Below are positions 9,071 through 16,729 of a stretch of DNA of 64,000 bases, piece by piece (within the stretch, counting starts at the first letter, position 1; each line of letters opens with the position of its first letter). The position numbers were made by a program, and so were the translations under genes. The notes beneath the pieces were generated by a model, which was given only the letters and a program-made list of their open reading frames with translations, made no database searches and was not told the DNA's origin. This DNA is from a phage, in the sequence record PZ452610.1. The stretch is one strand, 5' to 3'.

Positions 9071-9652
9071 CTAAAAATTCAACATTTTCAAATGAATGAT
9101 TTTGTATAATCGAGATAAAGGGTCATATTCTAAGTCTTCAATTTCCACAATCTCAAATCTAGAGATACCTGAGACCATGTACTCTTGTTCAGATTCAATC
9201 ATATCTAGGACGTCAACACGCGTTTCTTCCATAACATGCTTAGGGTTCTTTCCGGCGAGTACAATGTTAATCATGTTTTGGTAGTAATCAAAAATGAATG
9301 GAGCATTCCTGAGACTAAGAATAGTGTACGTCTGATACTCCCAACTCCCAGAGAATTGACGAGCTGTACTGAAATCAGTTGTGAACGATGTTACTCGTCC
9401 AGGAGACCAATGGCATCCAACAGAAAGAAGGGAAAGACGTTCTACTTCTTCTGGAGTTACACCACGGTAGAGTTCTACTGGTACTGTAGAAGACATATGC
9501 TTACGAACAAGATGGTCTAATTCATAGTGGAAATCCGGGTCTTCCTTAGAATCGGTGCAAGCCCAGAGAATGTTTTGTTCTTGGCGGGTGAATTTGCTAT
9601 CAATCAGATTTGTTAGGTATTCGCGTTCTTGAAGTTCAGATTGACATGTCAT
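9071..9652 (-). CDS. modB: ADP-ribosyltransferase ModB-like
   Basis: 193 aa; YRGV ... SFTTDFS ... SEQEY motifs; paralogous to modA-like ORF. Confidence 0.6.
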   Translation of the reverse strand: MTCQSELQEREYLTNLIDSKFTRQEQNILWACTDSKEDPDFHYELDHLVRKHMSSTVPVELYRGVTPEEVERLSLLSVGCHWSPGRVTSFTTDFSTARQFSGSWEYQTYTILSLRNAPFIFDYYQNMINIVLAGKNPKHVMEETRVDVLDMIESEQEYMVSGISRFEIVEIEDLEYDPLSRLYKIIHLKMLNF

Positions 9653-9679
9653 GATAGACCTCCATTTAAAGATAAGCCT

Positions 9680-9708
9680 ATCATAACACGAGAGGAGGGA
9701 ATGTAAAC
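9680..9708 (-). promoter_or_regulatory. T4-type early promoter (GTTTAC - 17 nt - TATGAT) for modB
   Basis: Minus strand GTTTACATTCCCTCCTCTCGTGTTATGAT. Confidence 0.45.
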
Positions 9709-9872
9709 TACTTTTTAAGCTTTCCTACTAAAGGTCCATCAGGACCAGGTTGTTCTAACATGAATAACGATGCTTTAAAAAGCAATGCCAACCCTTTCAC
9801 CATTCGATACCATGTCTCAAAGTCTTTTTCCTTGATTTCTAGTAAGAATTTCTCTTTCAATTTCTCTTTCAT
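9708..9872 (-). CDS. Possible small ORF, 54 aa (not in ORF track)
   Basis: ATG overlaps stop of upstream ORF (ATGA coupling); translation MKEKLKEKFLLEIKEKDFETWYRM... Confidence 0.3.
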   Translation of the reverse strand: MKEKLKEKFLLEIKEKDFETWYRMVKGLALLFKASLFMLEQPGPDGPLVGKLKK

Positions 9873-10057
9873 TTCCAAGGACTCCATGGCGGAGGGTCGT
9901 CATAATAAGAGGCAAGGTCTTTCAGGGCTTCAACAGGTAAACTAAAGCCGTGTCGTTGTATAATACTATCTAGTTCATCGACAAGTTCACTACGATGAAC
10001 TTTAGGAGCCTCAACTTCAGGCTCATCAAACATACTCATCAAGTCCATATTATTCAC
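9869..10057 (-). CDS. Hypothetical acidic protein, 62 aa
   Basis: ORF in operon context. Confidence 0.45.
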   Translation of the reverse strand: MNNMDLMSMFDEPEVEAPKVHRSELVDELDSIIQRHGFSLPVEALKDLASYYDDPPPWSPWK

Positions 10058-10514
10058 CGAGATAAAAACTAGCCGGTTCAGAAAATGTTTCTAGTGCTAC
10101 ACCTTTTGTCTTAAAAAATTTCCAAATAGCTCGTTGCAAATGGATTAAATCTGCTAATGACGTAATAAAGTATTTTTTGGCAAAATACTTATGGTCTCGC
10201 TTTTCAAACAAGTCTAAACGCTTTTCAGGATTCACATAAACGGCATTTTCCGTAGATTCATAACCTAAGTCCTTTATGCCTTCTTCAAGACTAAACGGAG
10301 AATTTTTAGAATGAGTAATAGCTCCAACTCGCTCTACACGAATTTTGTAACCTTTAGGAATCTGCAATTTGCAGAATTCTTCTACGATATATTGCGGATT
10401 ATTTAGACTTTTGTTAATGAGAATAGCTATTTCTAGTGGAGTCTTATCTTCCACTGGTATATGTTTAAATGACTTGGCTTCAAGCAAATACATTTTAAAT
10501 AGCATAGCATCCAT
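10050..10514 (-). CDS. Hypothetical protein, 154 aa (mrh region of T4 map)
   Basis: ORF in operon context; start overlaps upstream stop. Confidence 0.5.
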   Translation of the reverse strand: MDAMLFKMYLLEAKSFKHIPVEDKTPLEIAILINKSLNNPQYIVEEFCKLQIPKGYKIRVERVGAITHSKNSPFSLEEGIKDLGYESTENAVYVNPEKRLDLFEKRDHKYFAKKYFITSLADLIHLQRAIWKFFKTKGVALETFSEPASFYLGE

Positions 10515-10720
10515 TATAATTTCCTCGATGGTTCACCCATATAAAGTTTTACAATACGTTCGCCTTCATCTTCGACGAGCTTTTCTTCATGTTTCTGGAA
10601 TTCTTTAGCCATATTCTCTTCAAGAACATCCAGCCAATCTTCTGGACCGACACCATCGTCCCAGCTTTTAAACCATTTAACTATCTTGTTCATTCGCAGC
10701 TCCCTGAGCTTGAACCACAA
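10514..10720 (-). CDS. Hypothetical protein, 68 aa
   Basis: ORF in operon context. Confidence 0.45.
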   Translation of the reverse strand: MWFKLRELRMNKIVKWFKSWDDGVGPEDWLDVLEENMAKEFQKHEEKLVEDEGERIVKLYMGEPSRKL

Positions 10721-10938
10721 TCAGAATAACTTGACCCGGAATCACCAGGCCAAGACGATACGTATGAATGATTATAACTTGAAGAGCTTGAAGCATTAAC
10801 CTGTTTTGTTTTTTGACGAACAACTTCTTCCATCATGCCGTCACCGATATATTCCCAACTTTTTTCGTGTGTATCAGGAATAGGCATCATACCTTCGCCT
10901 GGTTTAACAGCAAACAACTTCTTCAGTATCGTAAGCAT
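10690..10938 (-). CDS. Hypothetical protein with Ser-rich C-terminal tail, about 82 aa
   Basis: ATG 10938 after SD GAGGAA; C-terminus SSSSSYNHSYVSSWPGDSGSSYSDCGSSSGSCE; overlaps upstream gene by 35 nt. Confidence 0.4.
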   Translation of the reverse strand: MLTILKKLFAVKPGEGMMPIPDTHEKSWEYIGDGMMEEVVRQKTKQVNASSSSSYNHSYVSSWPGDSGSSYSDCGSSSGSCE

Positions 10939-11131
10939 TAATTGTTCCTCGAACAAAACGAACACCACCGTCATCCCAGCGGATTTCAGCATTAAATTTG
11001 ACGTCTTCACCATCCATCATGAATGAGTGTACGACTACATCATCGTAATATCCAAGACCGTATTTCAACGAAACTTCTTGAGCAATCAAAGCACCTAATG
11101 TGTTATTAGGTTTAATCCAACGATTTAACAT
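10904..11131 (-). CDS. Hypothetical protein, about 75 aa
   Basis: ATG 11131 (MLNRWIKPNN...) with SD AGAGGAG; track ORF extends upstream to a non-ATG start. Confidence 0.5.
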   Translation of the reverse strand: MLNRWIKPNNTLGALIAQEVSLKYGLGYYDDVVVHSFMMDGEDVKFNAEIRWDDGGVRFVRGTINAYDTEEVVCC

Positions 11132-11189
11132 ATTGTTCTCCTCTTGAGTAAGTAAGAATATCTTAACACAGTTTTTAGTGGTTGTAAAC

Positions 11190-11216
11190 TGTAGAAACAA
11201 AAAAAAAGGAATCCCG
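11190..11216 (-). terminator. Rho-independent terminator after soc
   Basis: Minus strand GGAATCC-TTCG-GGATTCC followed by TTTTTTTTT. Confidence 0.7.
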
Positions 11217-11234
11217 AAGGATTCCTTAAATTAT

Positions 11235-11471
11235 TTAACCACTTACTGGTGTAGGGGTAAACATTGCAGCGTTCTTAGTTTTCCAAGTTGCTGCATCAGA
11301 AACGACATCAGAATAAGCTGCCTTTTCTGACGGAAAGATTTGGTAATGAGAATCAGCAATCCGATGTTCGTTTGAATAAATCTCAAACGGAACAGAAACT
11401 TCCATACCTTTAACTTCTTTGCCTTCACCAGCAGGATGCGTAAAGGTTTTTATGTTTACATAACCACCCAT
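11235..11471 (-). CDS. soc: Small outer capsid protein Soc
   Basis: 78 aa; GYVNIKTF...HYQIFPSEKAAYS matches T4 Soc as I recall it; late promoter upstream. Confidence 0.85.
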   Translation of the reverse strand: MGGYVNIKTFTHPAGEGKEVKGMEVSVPFEIYSNEHRIADSHYQIFPSEKAAYSDVVSDAATWKTKNAAMFTPTPVSG

Positions 11472-11473
11472 AA

Positions 11474-11812
11474 TTAACTCCTTTGTTGTTTAATTACAGG
11501 TGTATTTATAATGAATTCCTGTGGAACAGTAAAATATCCGAATTTAGCTAATACAACAACATCACCATTAATGATTACTGGAGAATAATCATCTGAGTTA
11601 TTAAATTTCCAATGAAGCCTGTCATCATATCCATCAGAACCAAATGCTCGAGTAGCCGGTCTCCCGGCTTTTTGCCATGCATAAAAATCAAGTTTCATTT
11701 GCAACCCAATCAACCATATGTAGATGGTCTGATAATTGACTAACATGCTGAAGCTGATTAGACAGGAGCTTACAAATAAGCTCACTGTTATCATTTTTAA
11801 ATAGTTGGTCAA
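11474..11812 (-). CDS. Possible hypothetical ORF (soc.1/soc.2 region); start unclear
   Basis: Open frame only; internal ATGs lack clear SD; overlaps soc late promoter. Confidence 0.3.
   Translation of the reverse strand: MTNYLKMITVSLFVSSCLISFSMLVNYQTIYIWLIGLQMKLDFYAWQKAGRPATRAFGSDGYDDRLHWKFNNSDDYSPVIINGDVVVLAKFGYFTVPQEFIINTPVIKQQRS
11503..11510 (-). promoter_or_regulatory. T4 late promoter TATAAATA for soc
   Basis: Exact TATAAATA on minus strand about 32 nt upstream of soc ATG, followed by SD AAGGAG. Confidence 0.65.
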
Positions 11813-11860
11813 TACGTTTCTTATGAGCTTTCTTAAGCTGACGTTTATTTAAACGAGCCA

Positions 11861-12382
11861 TTAATAACCTCGGTCTTGACGAGCAAAGTTTTCAGCATTC
11901 TTCAGATAATACAGTTTAAAGATTTCTTCAGCAGAAAGACCCAGACCTTGGAACATGTTCAGAACGAAGTGCAGAATATCAATCATTTCGAATTTAATTT
12001 CGAGCTGGTCTTCGGGAGACAGTTCATCAATACGACGATTACGATATTCAGCATGTTGTGCTTTCCATGGCTTCCACACAGAGCTGGCAGCTTTTTCACC
12101 GTTGGACATACCACCAAGTGAAGTCAGCAGTTCACGGAATTCATCATCAATATAATCTTTCTGATTACGCAGCCAATCAACAACATCGCCAGCAGTAGCC
12201 AATTCATCAGGATGTTTGTTATGTTCAGGCTTGTCATTTGCCAGACGAACCTGTAAAGATTTCTGCATATCAAGCATTACCTGCAGTGGGTCTTTATCTT
12301 CGTGAATCAGAGCATTAAAATAAGCTTCTTCTGCTTTATCAACACCAGAAATAAGTTGTGAACATTCGTTAAAGTGTGCCAT
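11861..12382 (-). CDS. 56: dCTP pyrophosphatase gp56 (MazG-like dCTPase/dUTPase)
   Basis: MAHFNECSQL... with C-terminus EIFKLYYLKNAENFARQD matches T4 gp56; ATG 12382 with SD AAAGGAAAAA. Confidence 0.9.
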   Translation of the reverse strand: MAHFNECSQLISGVDKAEEAYFNALIHEDKDPLQVMLDMQKSLQVRLANDKPEHNKHPDELATAGDVVDWLRNQKDYIDDEFRELLTSLGGMSNGEKAASSVWKPWKAQHAEYRNRRIDELSPEDQLEIKFEMIDILHFVLNMFQGLGLSAEEIFKLYYLKNAENFARQDRGY

Positions 12383-12470
12383 TATTTTTCCTTTCAATTC
12401 AGTATAAGAGAATTAATTCTAACATTAATTTTATAAAGCGTAATAAATAATAGGTAACTAAGGAGATATT

Positions 12471-12668
12471 ATGTTTAAACTTCCATCGTTAATCAACGCT
12501 ATTAAAGGCAATAAAAAGAAAACTGCTATCGCTGCAATAGTTGTAGGTGGCATTATTTCATGGAACTTCGGGATTGCACCATTGTTAGTTGCCCATGGTA
12601 TTATAGTTCCTTCTGTTCCATTGGATACTGTAGTTGATTTGGCCTTTGCTATTATAGGGCTTGTTTAA
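12471..12668 (+). CDS. Small hydrophobic protein, 65 aa; only plus-strand gene candidate
   Basis: ATG preceded by strong SD AAGGAG at 5-nt spacing; predicted TM segment; stop overlaps the stop of convergent gene 61. Confidence 0.45.
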   Translation: MFKLPSLINAIKGNKKKTAIAAIVVGGIISWNFGIAPLLVAHGIIVPSVPLDTVVDLAFAIIGLV

Positions 12669-13687
12669 ATCTTCGAATAACGAGATAATCTCATTTTAGC
12701 ATGCAACCCACTTGAAATATTCTGTTTCATATATTCTAAAATTTCTTGTGGTGTTGCATTTTCTTTCATTACCATATCATTCACATCCTTTGATCTCCAT
12801 GGAGCTCGATCCCAGAACATGACACGTTCGCCTGCATCAACTAATCGCTTCATGCGAGCTATAGTATCTGGATGCCTAGGTTCATTATCCATTACCCATA
12901 CCCGACGTTCTTTAAATGGTACCACATCTAAATCTATTGAGCCGCCTGTAATAGCGATTGCATTGGGTATGAATAAACTATCAATAGGGCCTTCCATTAC
13001 CCAGACGTCTCCTTCCTTAACACGTTCAACACCATAAATTTTTGTTGCAGACTCAAACGCTTTAATAGTGATATATTTCTGAGGAGCATCTTTGCGAAGT
13101 GCACGTCCTTGAAATGACTCAGCCTTCCCGTCTTTATTAAAAATAGGAATCACTAAACGTGGTTCGGGAATCTCTTTCTTATACGTACCAGGTTGAATCT
13201 TGTTGACCAATTTAGGCCATTCTAATGTGAACCATAATCTGTTCCACGATTCTTTAGGAATACACCGAGACTTAACATATTTCACAATAGGATGCTCTTC
13301 AGGCAGCTTGTCCAGACGAGAACAAGACGGCAAAGAATTTATAGTCTTTTTCTCCGGTTCTGGTTTATGTTCAGGAACCTTTTCAATCTTTGGTTCCATT
13401 CTAGCTTTTTCTTTACGAACTTCCATTAGATATTCGCGATAAAGCTCTTCATCATACTCTTTTAAGTATCCAGAAATTGTATTGTGGTATTGACAGTTAT
13501 AGCAATGCACATTACCTGGAGTACCACCGTAATACCATCCGCGAGCTTTCATTGCATCTGTCTGGGAGTCGCCACAAACTGGACAACGAAACGTTAATTT
13601 AAATGTGCTTGAATTATTGATTTGTCTAAAACGAGGGAGGTGAGAAAACGCACGATAAGCAAATTCATTATCTATCCATTCAGCCAT
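12665..13687 (-). CDS. 61: DNA primase gp61
   Basis: 340 aa; N-terminal zinc ribbon (CPVCGDS...CYNCQYH), primase core; SD GGAGAAT before ATG 13687. Confidence 0.95.
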   Translation of the reverse strand: MAEWIDNEFAYRAFSHLPRFRQINNSSTFKLTFRCPVCGDSQTDAMKARGWYYGGTPGNVHCYNCQYHNTISGYLKEYDEELYREYLMEVRKEKARMEPKIEKVPEHKPEPEKKTINSLPSCSRLDKLPEEHPIVKYVKSRCIPKESWNRLWFTLEWPKLVNKIQPGTYKKEIPEPRLVIPIFNKDGKAESFQGRALRKDAPQKYITIKAFESATKIYGVERVKEGDVWVMEGPIDSLFIPNAIAITGGSIDLDVVPFKERRVWVMDNEPRHPDTIARMKRLVDAGERVMFWDRAPWRSKDVNDMVMKENATPQEILEYMKQNISSGLHAKMRLSRYSKI

Positions 13688-13726
13688 AGTATTCTCCAGA
13701 GGCCTTAAATTAATAAGGCCATCATA

Positions 13727-14221
13727 TCACAACTTATTAATATTTACTTTAATTCGCTTTCTTTTCTTGGAAGGAATTTGTTCTGGACCTTTATTTACGA
13801 CTGCACCTGTAGTTGTTCCTGATGCAATAGCTTGAGGGCTGCCACCTGAATCACCAGCCACCATATCCTCAAATAAAGGGAGTTCTTTAAATATTTCTTT
13901 CTGTTGTTCTTCTGTAATGTTATAGCGGGATGCTACGGCACTCCAGGCAGACATCATTGAGGCCATTCCATTAAGACCTGGAACAGTGCTCATCATTCGC
14001 TTCATTGAACGAACTGAAGCATGAAAAGGTGTATAAGCCGCTTTCTCTTCAGGAGTGGAAGGACGTTTAAGAACACTTCCACGTTCATCGATGATTTTGG
14101 CTTCGTATGCTTTCCATTCGGTAAAAGGTTTTTGCATTAGTCGAATAAACTTATATGCATAAACAGAATCTATTGCAGTGTTAATAATACCCATAGGTAC
14201 CTCCTGAGTATATTTAATCAA
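13727..14221 (-). CDS. Hypothetical protein, 164 aa (61.1 position)
   Basis: ORF; basic C-terminal tail KKRKRIKVNINKL. Confidence 0.5.
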   Translation of the reverse strand: MIKYTQEVPMGIINTAIDSVYAYKFIRLMQKPFTEWKAYEAKIIDERGSVLKRPSTPEEKAAYTPFHASVRSMKRMMSTVPGLNGMASMMSAWSAVASRYNITEEQQKEIFKELPLFEDMVAGDSGGSPQAIASGTTTGAVVNKGPEQIPSKKRKRIKVNINKL

Positions 14222-14411
14222 TTACAAAGATTGCTTTGTCACCATTTATATCTGTGACTTCATATGTAGTGCCTTCATACTGTGGAATATTCCAAATTAC
14301 ACCGTCATTAGCTTTTACGCTAATATGGCATTGGTGTTTTGAAACAACTTCATAATCTTCAAAACTTGTAAAAACACTAATTTTAGAACCAGTGCAAATT
14401 GCAGTAGTCAT
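14214..14411 (-). CDS. Hypothetical protein, 65 aa
   Basis: ORF in operon context. Confidence 0.4.
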   Translation of the reverse strand: MTTAICTGSKISVFTSFEDYEVVSKHQCHISVKANDGVIWNIPQYEGTTYEVTDINGDKAIFVID

Positions 14412-14412
14412 T

Positions 14413-15072
14413 TTAACCTCGATTCATAAATGCATTAAATATTTGGTCATCAACAGAAATTTCTAATTCGACTTCAATTGCTTCGGCCTTTTCTTCAGGT
14501 GGTAATTCGTATCCACACACTACAATTTTTTCATCGATATCAAAATATACAGAAGCAATACGATTAATGTTATTTTCAGTTAAGTCCAAATCAACATCAA
14601 CATCTTTTTGGCCTACACTTAGAGGATAACTAATACGGGTTATTTTATTATCTTTAACAAAGAGTCCACCAACATACTCTGTACTACGTTTGAAGTTTAC
14701 ACGTTTCCGAATTGAAAGATATGATACATCTTTACCGTGAGCTCGGCTCATAGGACATAATGAATAGCTAGAATAAGAGATGTCAAATCCTACACCTTCA
14801 ATATGAGCCAACGCGTCATGATTAAACCAATTATAATCATATGCCAAATCCATTATATTGTAATATGTGAAAGGCACAGGATTAACATCATATGTTGTAC
14901 CTTTAAAATCTGCCCAGGCAACGATTTCGTTATCTTTAACAATTACAAAAATTACACCAATATGGTATCCTTTATTATTTTCATTCGGCGTTATATTATA
15001 ACATTGTGCATTAGGAAATTTACCATATTTAAATGGTGCGTTTTTGTGCATATAATAAATCATATTATTCAC
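14413..15072 (-). CDS. Hypothetical protein, 219 aa (61.2 position; candidate AdfA-like anti-DarT factor by synteny only)
   Basis: Position between 61 and sp as for T4 61.2; no motif recognised. Confidence 0.5.
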   Translation of the reverse strand: MNNMIYYMHKNAPFKYGKFPNAQCYNITPNENNKGYHIGVIFVIVKDNEIVAWADFKGTTYDVNPVPFTYYNIMDLAYDYNWFNHDALAHIEGVGFDISYSSYSLCPMSRAHGKDVSYLSIRKRVNFKRSTEYVGGLFVKDNKITRISYPLSVGQKDVDVDLDLTENNINRIASVYFDIDEKIVVCGYELPPEEKAEAIEVELEISVDDQIFNAFMNRG

Positions 15073-15358
15073 CTGTGATTTCGGTTACGATATCTTTGTT
15101 ATCGAAATTAGGGTCACAATACAAAACATAGTTGTACTGCATGATACCGCCAGACTTAAGTTGTTCAACAACTTTATTAACCATATTAGGACGGTCTCGT
15201 TTAGTGATGTTCATGATATCAGAGAAGATTTGTTGTTCAACATCTTCTTGATTTGCAGTCATTGACCACTCACAGAGGTCTTTATCATAACCTGCCGTAA
15301 CTGGAGCCGGTGCACATGATACTGCAAGTAAGATTGCTGCCAATGATAACTTTTTCAT
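15065..15358 (-). CDS. sp: Spackle-like periplasmic protein
   Basis: 97 aa with N-terminal signal peptide MKKLSLAAILLAVSCAPAP; length and position match T4 sp (61.3). Confidence 0.55.
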   Translation of the reverse strand: MKKLSLAAILLAVSCAPAPVTAGYDKDLCEWSMTANQEDVEQQIFSDIMNITKRDRPNMVNKVVEQLKSGGIMQYNYVLYCDPNFDNKDIVTEITGE

Positions 15359-15387
15359 TTTAACTCCTTAGTTGATTTGATAGGACT

Positions 15388-15417
15388 ACTATACTATAGT
15401 CCATCTATAATGTAAAC
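15388..15417 (-). promoter_or_regulatory. Early promoter (GTTTAC - 18 nt - TATAGT)
   Basis: Minus strand GTTTACATTATAGATGGACTATAGTATAGT then SD AAGGAG. Confidence 0.45.
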
Positions 15418-15421
15418 AAGT

Positions 15422-15670
15422 TTATTCTTTTTCGCGAATAATAATTACTTGTTGAGGCTGCTGAGCCGATTTCTTTTCGGCAACGATAGACCAAATTAAA
15501 GTTCCAATCCAACCAATCATCGTCCAGTTAAAGAGTAAAGATACAAAGAAGATTGCTGTTGTGCTTTTTGTGCCACGAATAAGTGCGATTACCCAAGGCA
15601 ACATGTAAATGATGATTGAACCAATACCTGCGATTAAAACTGCTACTGAACTAGCTACGAATAATTCCAT
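15422..15670 (-). CDS. Imm_superinfect-family small membrane protein (superinfection immunity-like)
   Basis: 82 aa, two TM segments; motif AIFFVSLLFNWTMIGWIGTLIW resembles the GWxGIGWI signature of the superinfection-immunity family. Confidence 0.55.
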   Translation of the reverse strand: MELFVASSVAVLIAGIGSIIIYMLPWVIALIRGTKSTTAIFFVSLLFNWTMIGWIGTLIWSIVAEKKSAQQPQQVIIIREKE

Positions 15671-15697
15671 GTTAATTTCCTCTTGATTTGTTATGTT

Positions 15698-15727
15698 TAT
15701 AATATCTTGTTTTAACTTTGGCGTAAA
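15698..15727 (-). promoter_or_regulatory. Early promoter (GTTTAC - 18 nt - TATTAT)
   Basis: Minus strand GTTTACGCCAAAGTTAAAACAAGATATTAT. Confidence 0.5.
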
Positions 15728-15731
15728 CCAA

Positions 15732-16100
15732 TTAATTAAATTTGTTTAAACGTTCAATACACTGGACGTAGTTATTCGCGATTTGTTTCTGGGTAGGCTC
15801 TTTACCAGTTGTTTCAACATAACGAATGAATGCGATTTCAGTAGCCTGTAGACAATGTTCTTTAACGCGTTGTTCTTTTGACAATGCTACAGTATCAGAG
15901 TCACGATAACGTTGAGCATGGGCATCAGCTTGAATCATTCGATTACCTACAGTAACCGGGTCTTCCACTTCAACTTTAGGTTGGTCGTACTGTTTAACAT
16001 TCGGATTGTAAATCAATTGGCCAACGTTATTAGGGATAAAGCCATGGGCACCACATCCGGTTAATCCAAATACCATTGCTAAAGCGATTAATTTTTTCAT
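15732..16100 (-). CDS. Putative lipoprotein, 122 aa
   Basis: Signal peptide with lipobox LTGC (MKKLIALAMVFGLTGCGA). Confidence 0.55.
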   Translation of the reverse strand: MKKLIALAMVFGLTGCGAHGFIPNNVGQLIYNPNVKQYDQPKVEVEDPVTVGNRMIQADAHAQRYRDSDTVALSKEQRVKEHCLQATEIAFIRYVETTGKEPTQKQIANNYVQCIERLNKFN

Positions 16101-16128
16101 TTCAATTTCCTCTGTAGTTGATAGAAAG

Positions 16129-16158
16129 ATAGTAACACAGTATGTGGGGCTTGTAAAC
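16129..16158 (-). promoter_or_regulatory. Early promoter (GTTTAC - 18 nt - TACTAT)
   Basis: Minus strand GTTTACAAGCCCCACATACTGTGTTACTAT. Confidence 0.45.
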
Positions 16159-16171
16159 AGTTATTTTAAAA

Positions 16172-16381
16172 TTATCGAAAATCTGCTTCGAAAACTTTCT
16201 CGTCATTAACAAATGCTTTAACTAATGCTTTGTTCACTTCAGCAAGTTGTACCGTAACCCACTCGATTTCTTCGCGATCACCTGATAACATGATATCTTT
16301 AGTGAACATCTCACCGCTTTTAAACCAACCGATAAAAGTAACTTTAGTTAATTTGCTCATATTTCCTCGCAAAATGCCCAT
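16172..16381 (-). CDS. Hypothetical protein, 69 aa
   Basis: ORF; likely true start at internal Met MSKLTKV. Confidence 0.4.
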   Translation of the reverse strand: MGILRGNMSKLTKVTFIGWFKSGEMFTKDIMLSGDREEIEWVTVQLAEVNKALVKAFVNDEKVFEADFR

Positions 16382-16674
16382 TCAGCGTGATAAACTGTAG
16401 CGCCTTTAGTATCATTCATTTGAACTACATCTACCGGAGAAATTACTCGATAGAGACGTGGTTCACCTCCATAAGAGCGTGCTGCTCGTCCTGCATAAAT
16501 CTTTGCTAAACCGATATCTTCAGTAAAGAATACACGATCCAAGTTTTTCTTACGTCCAGTTTCAGACAGAACTCCTGTTTCTTCAGGAGGACAAAGCATG
16601 TTTTCGATGTTAGCTGAACTACTTGAACCGTGATAAAAAATCTTAAATTCTGCTTTACAATCAATGGTTTTCAT
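16357..16674 (-). CDS. Hypothetical protein, 105 aa, with H-G-S ... IYAG motif (possible minimal ART-like fold)
   Basis: ATG 16674 with SD GGAG; FYHGSSS followed about 40 aa later by GLAKIYAGRAA. Confidence 0.5.
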   Translation of the reverse strand: MKTIDCKAEFKIFYHGSSSSANIENMLCPPEETGVLSETGRKKNLDRVFFTEDIGLAKIYAGRAARSYGGEPRLYRVISPVDVVQMNDTKGATVYHAEWAFCEEI

Positions 16675-16700
16675 TTTGTTCTCCGGTAGTTGATAGGTCT

Positions 16701-16729
16701 ATAATAACACAACTACCGGAGAAGTAAAC
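16701..16729 (-). promoter_or_regulatory. Early promoter (GTTTAC - 17 nt - TATTAT) with spacer/SD inverted repeat
   Basis: Spacer CTCCGGTAGTTG is the exact complement of leader CAACTACCGGAG, which contains the SD. Confidence 0.6.

Noticed and set aside
12400-12470. Plus-strand late or sigma-70 promoter for the 12471-12668 ORF
   Set aside because: Nearest candidates (TATAAAGC, TAATAAATA) deviate from TATAAATA at invariant positions, and no good -35/-10 pair is present; the ORF is kept but the promoter is not called
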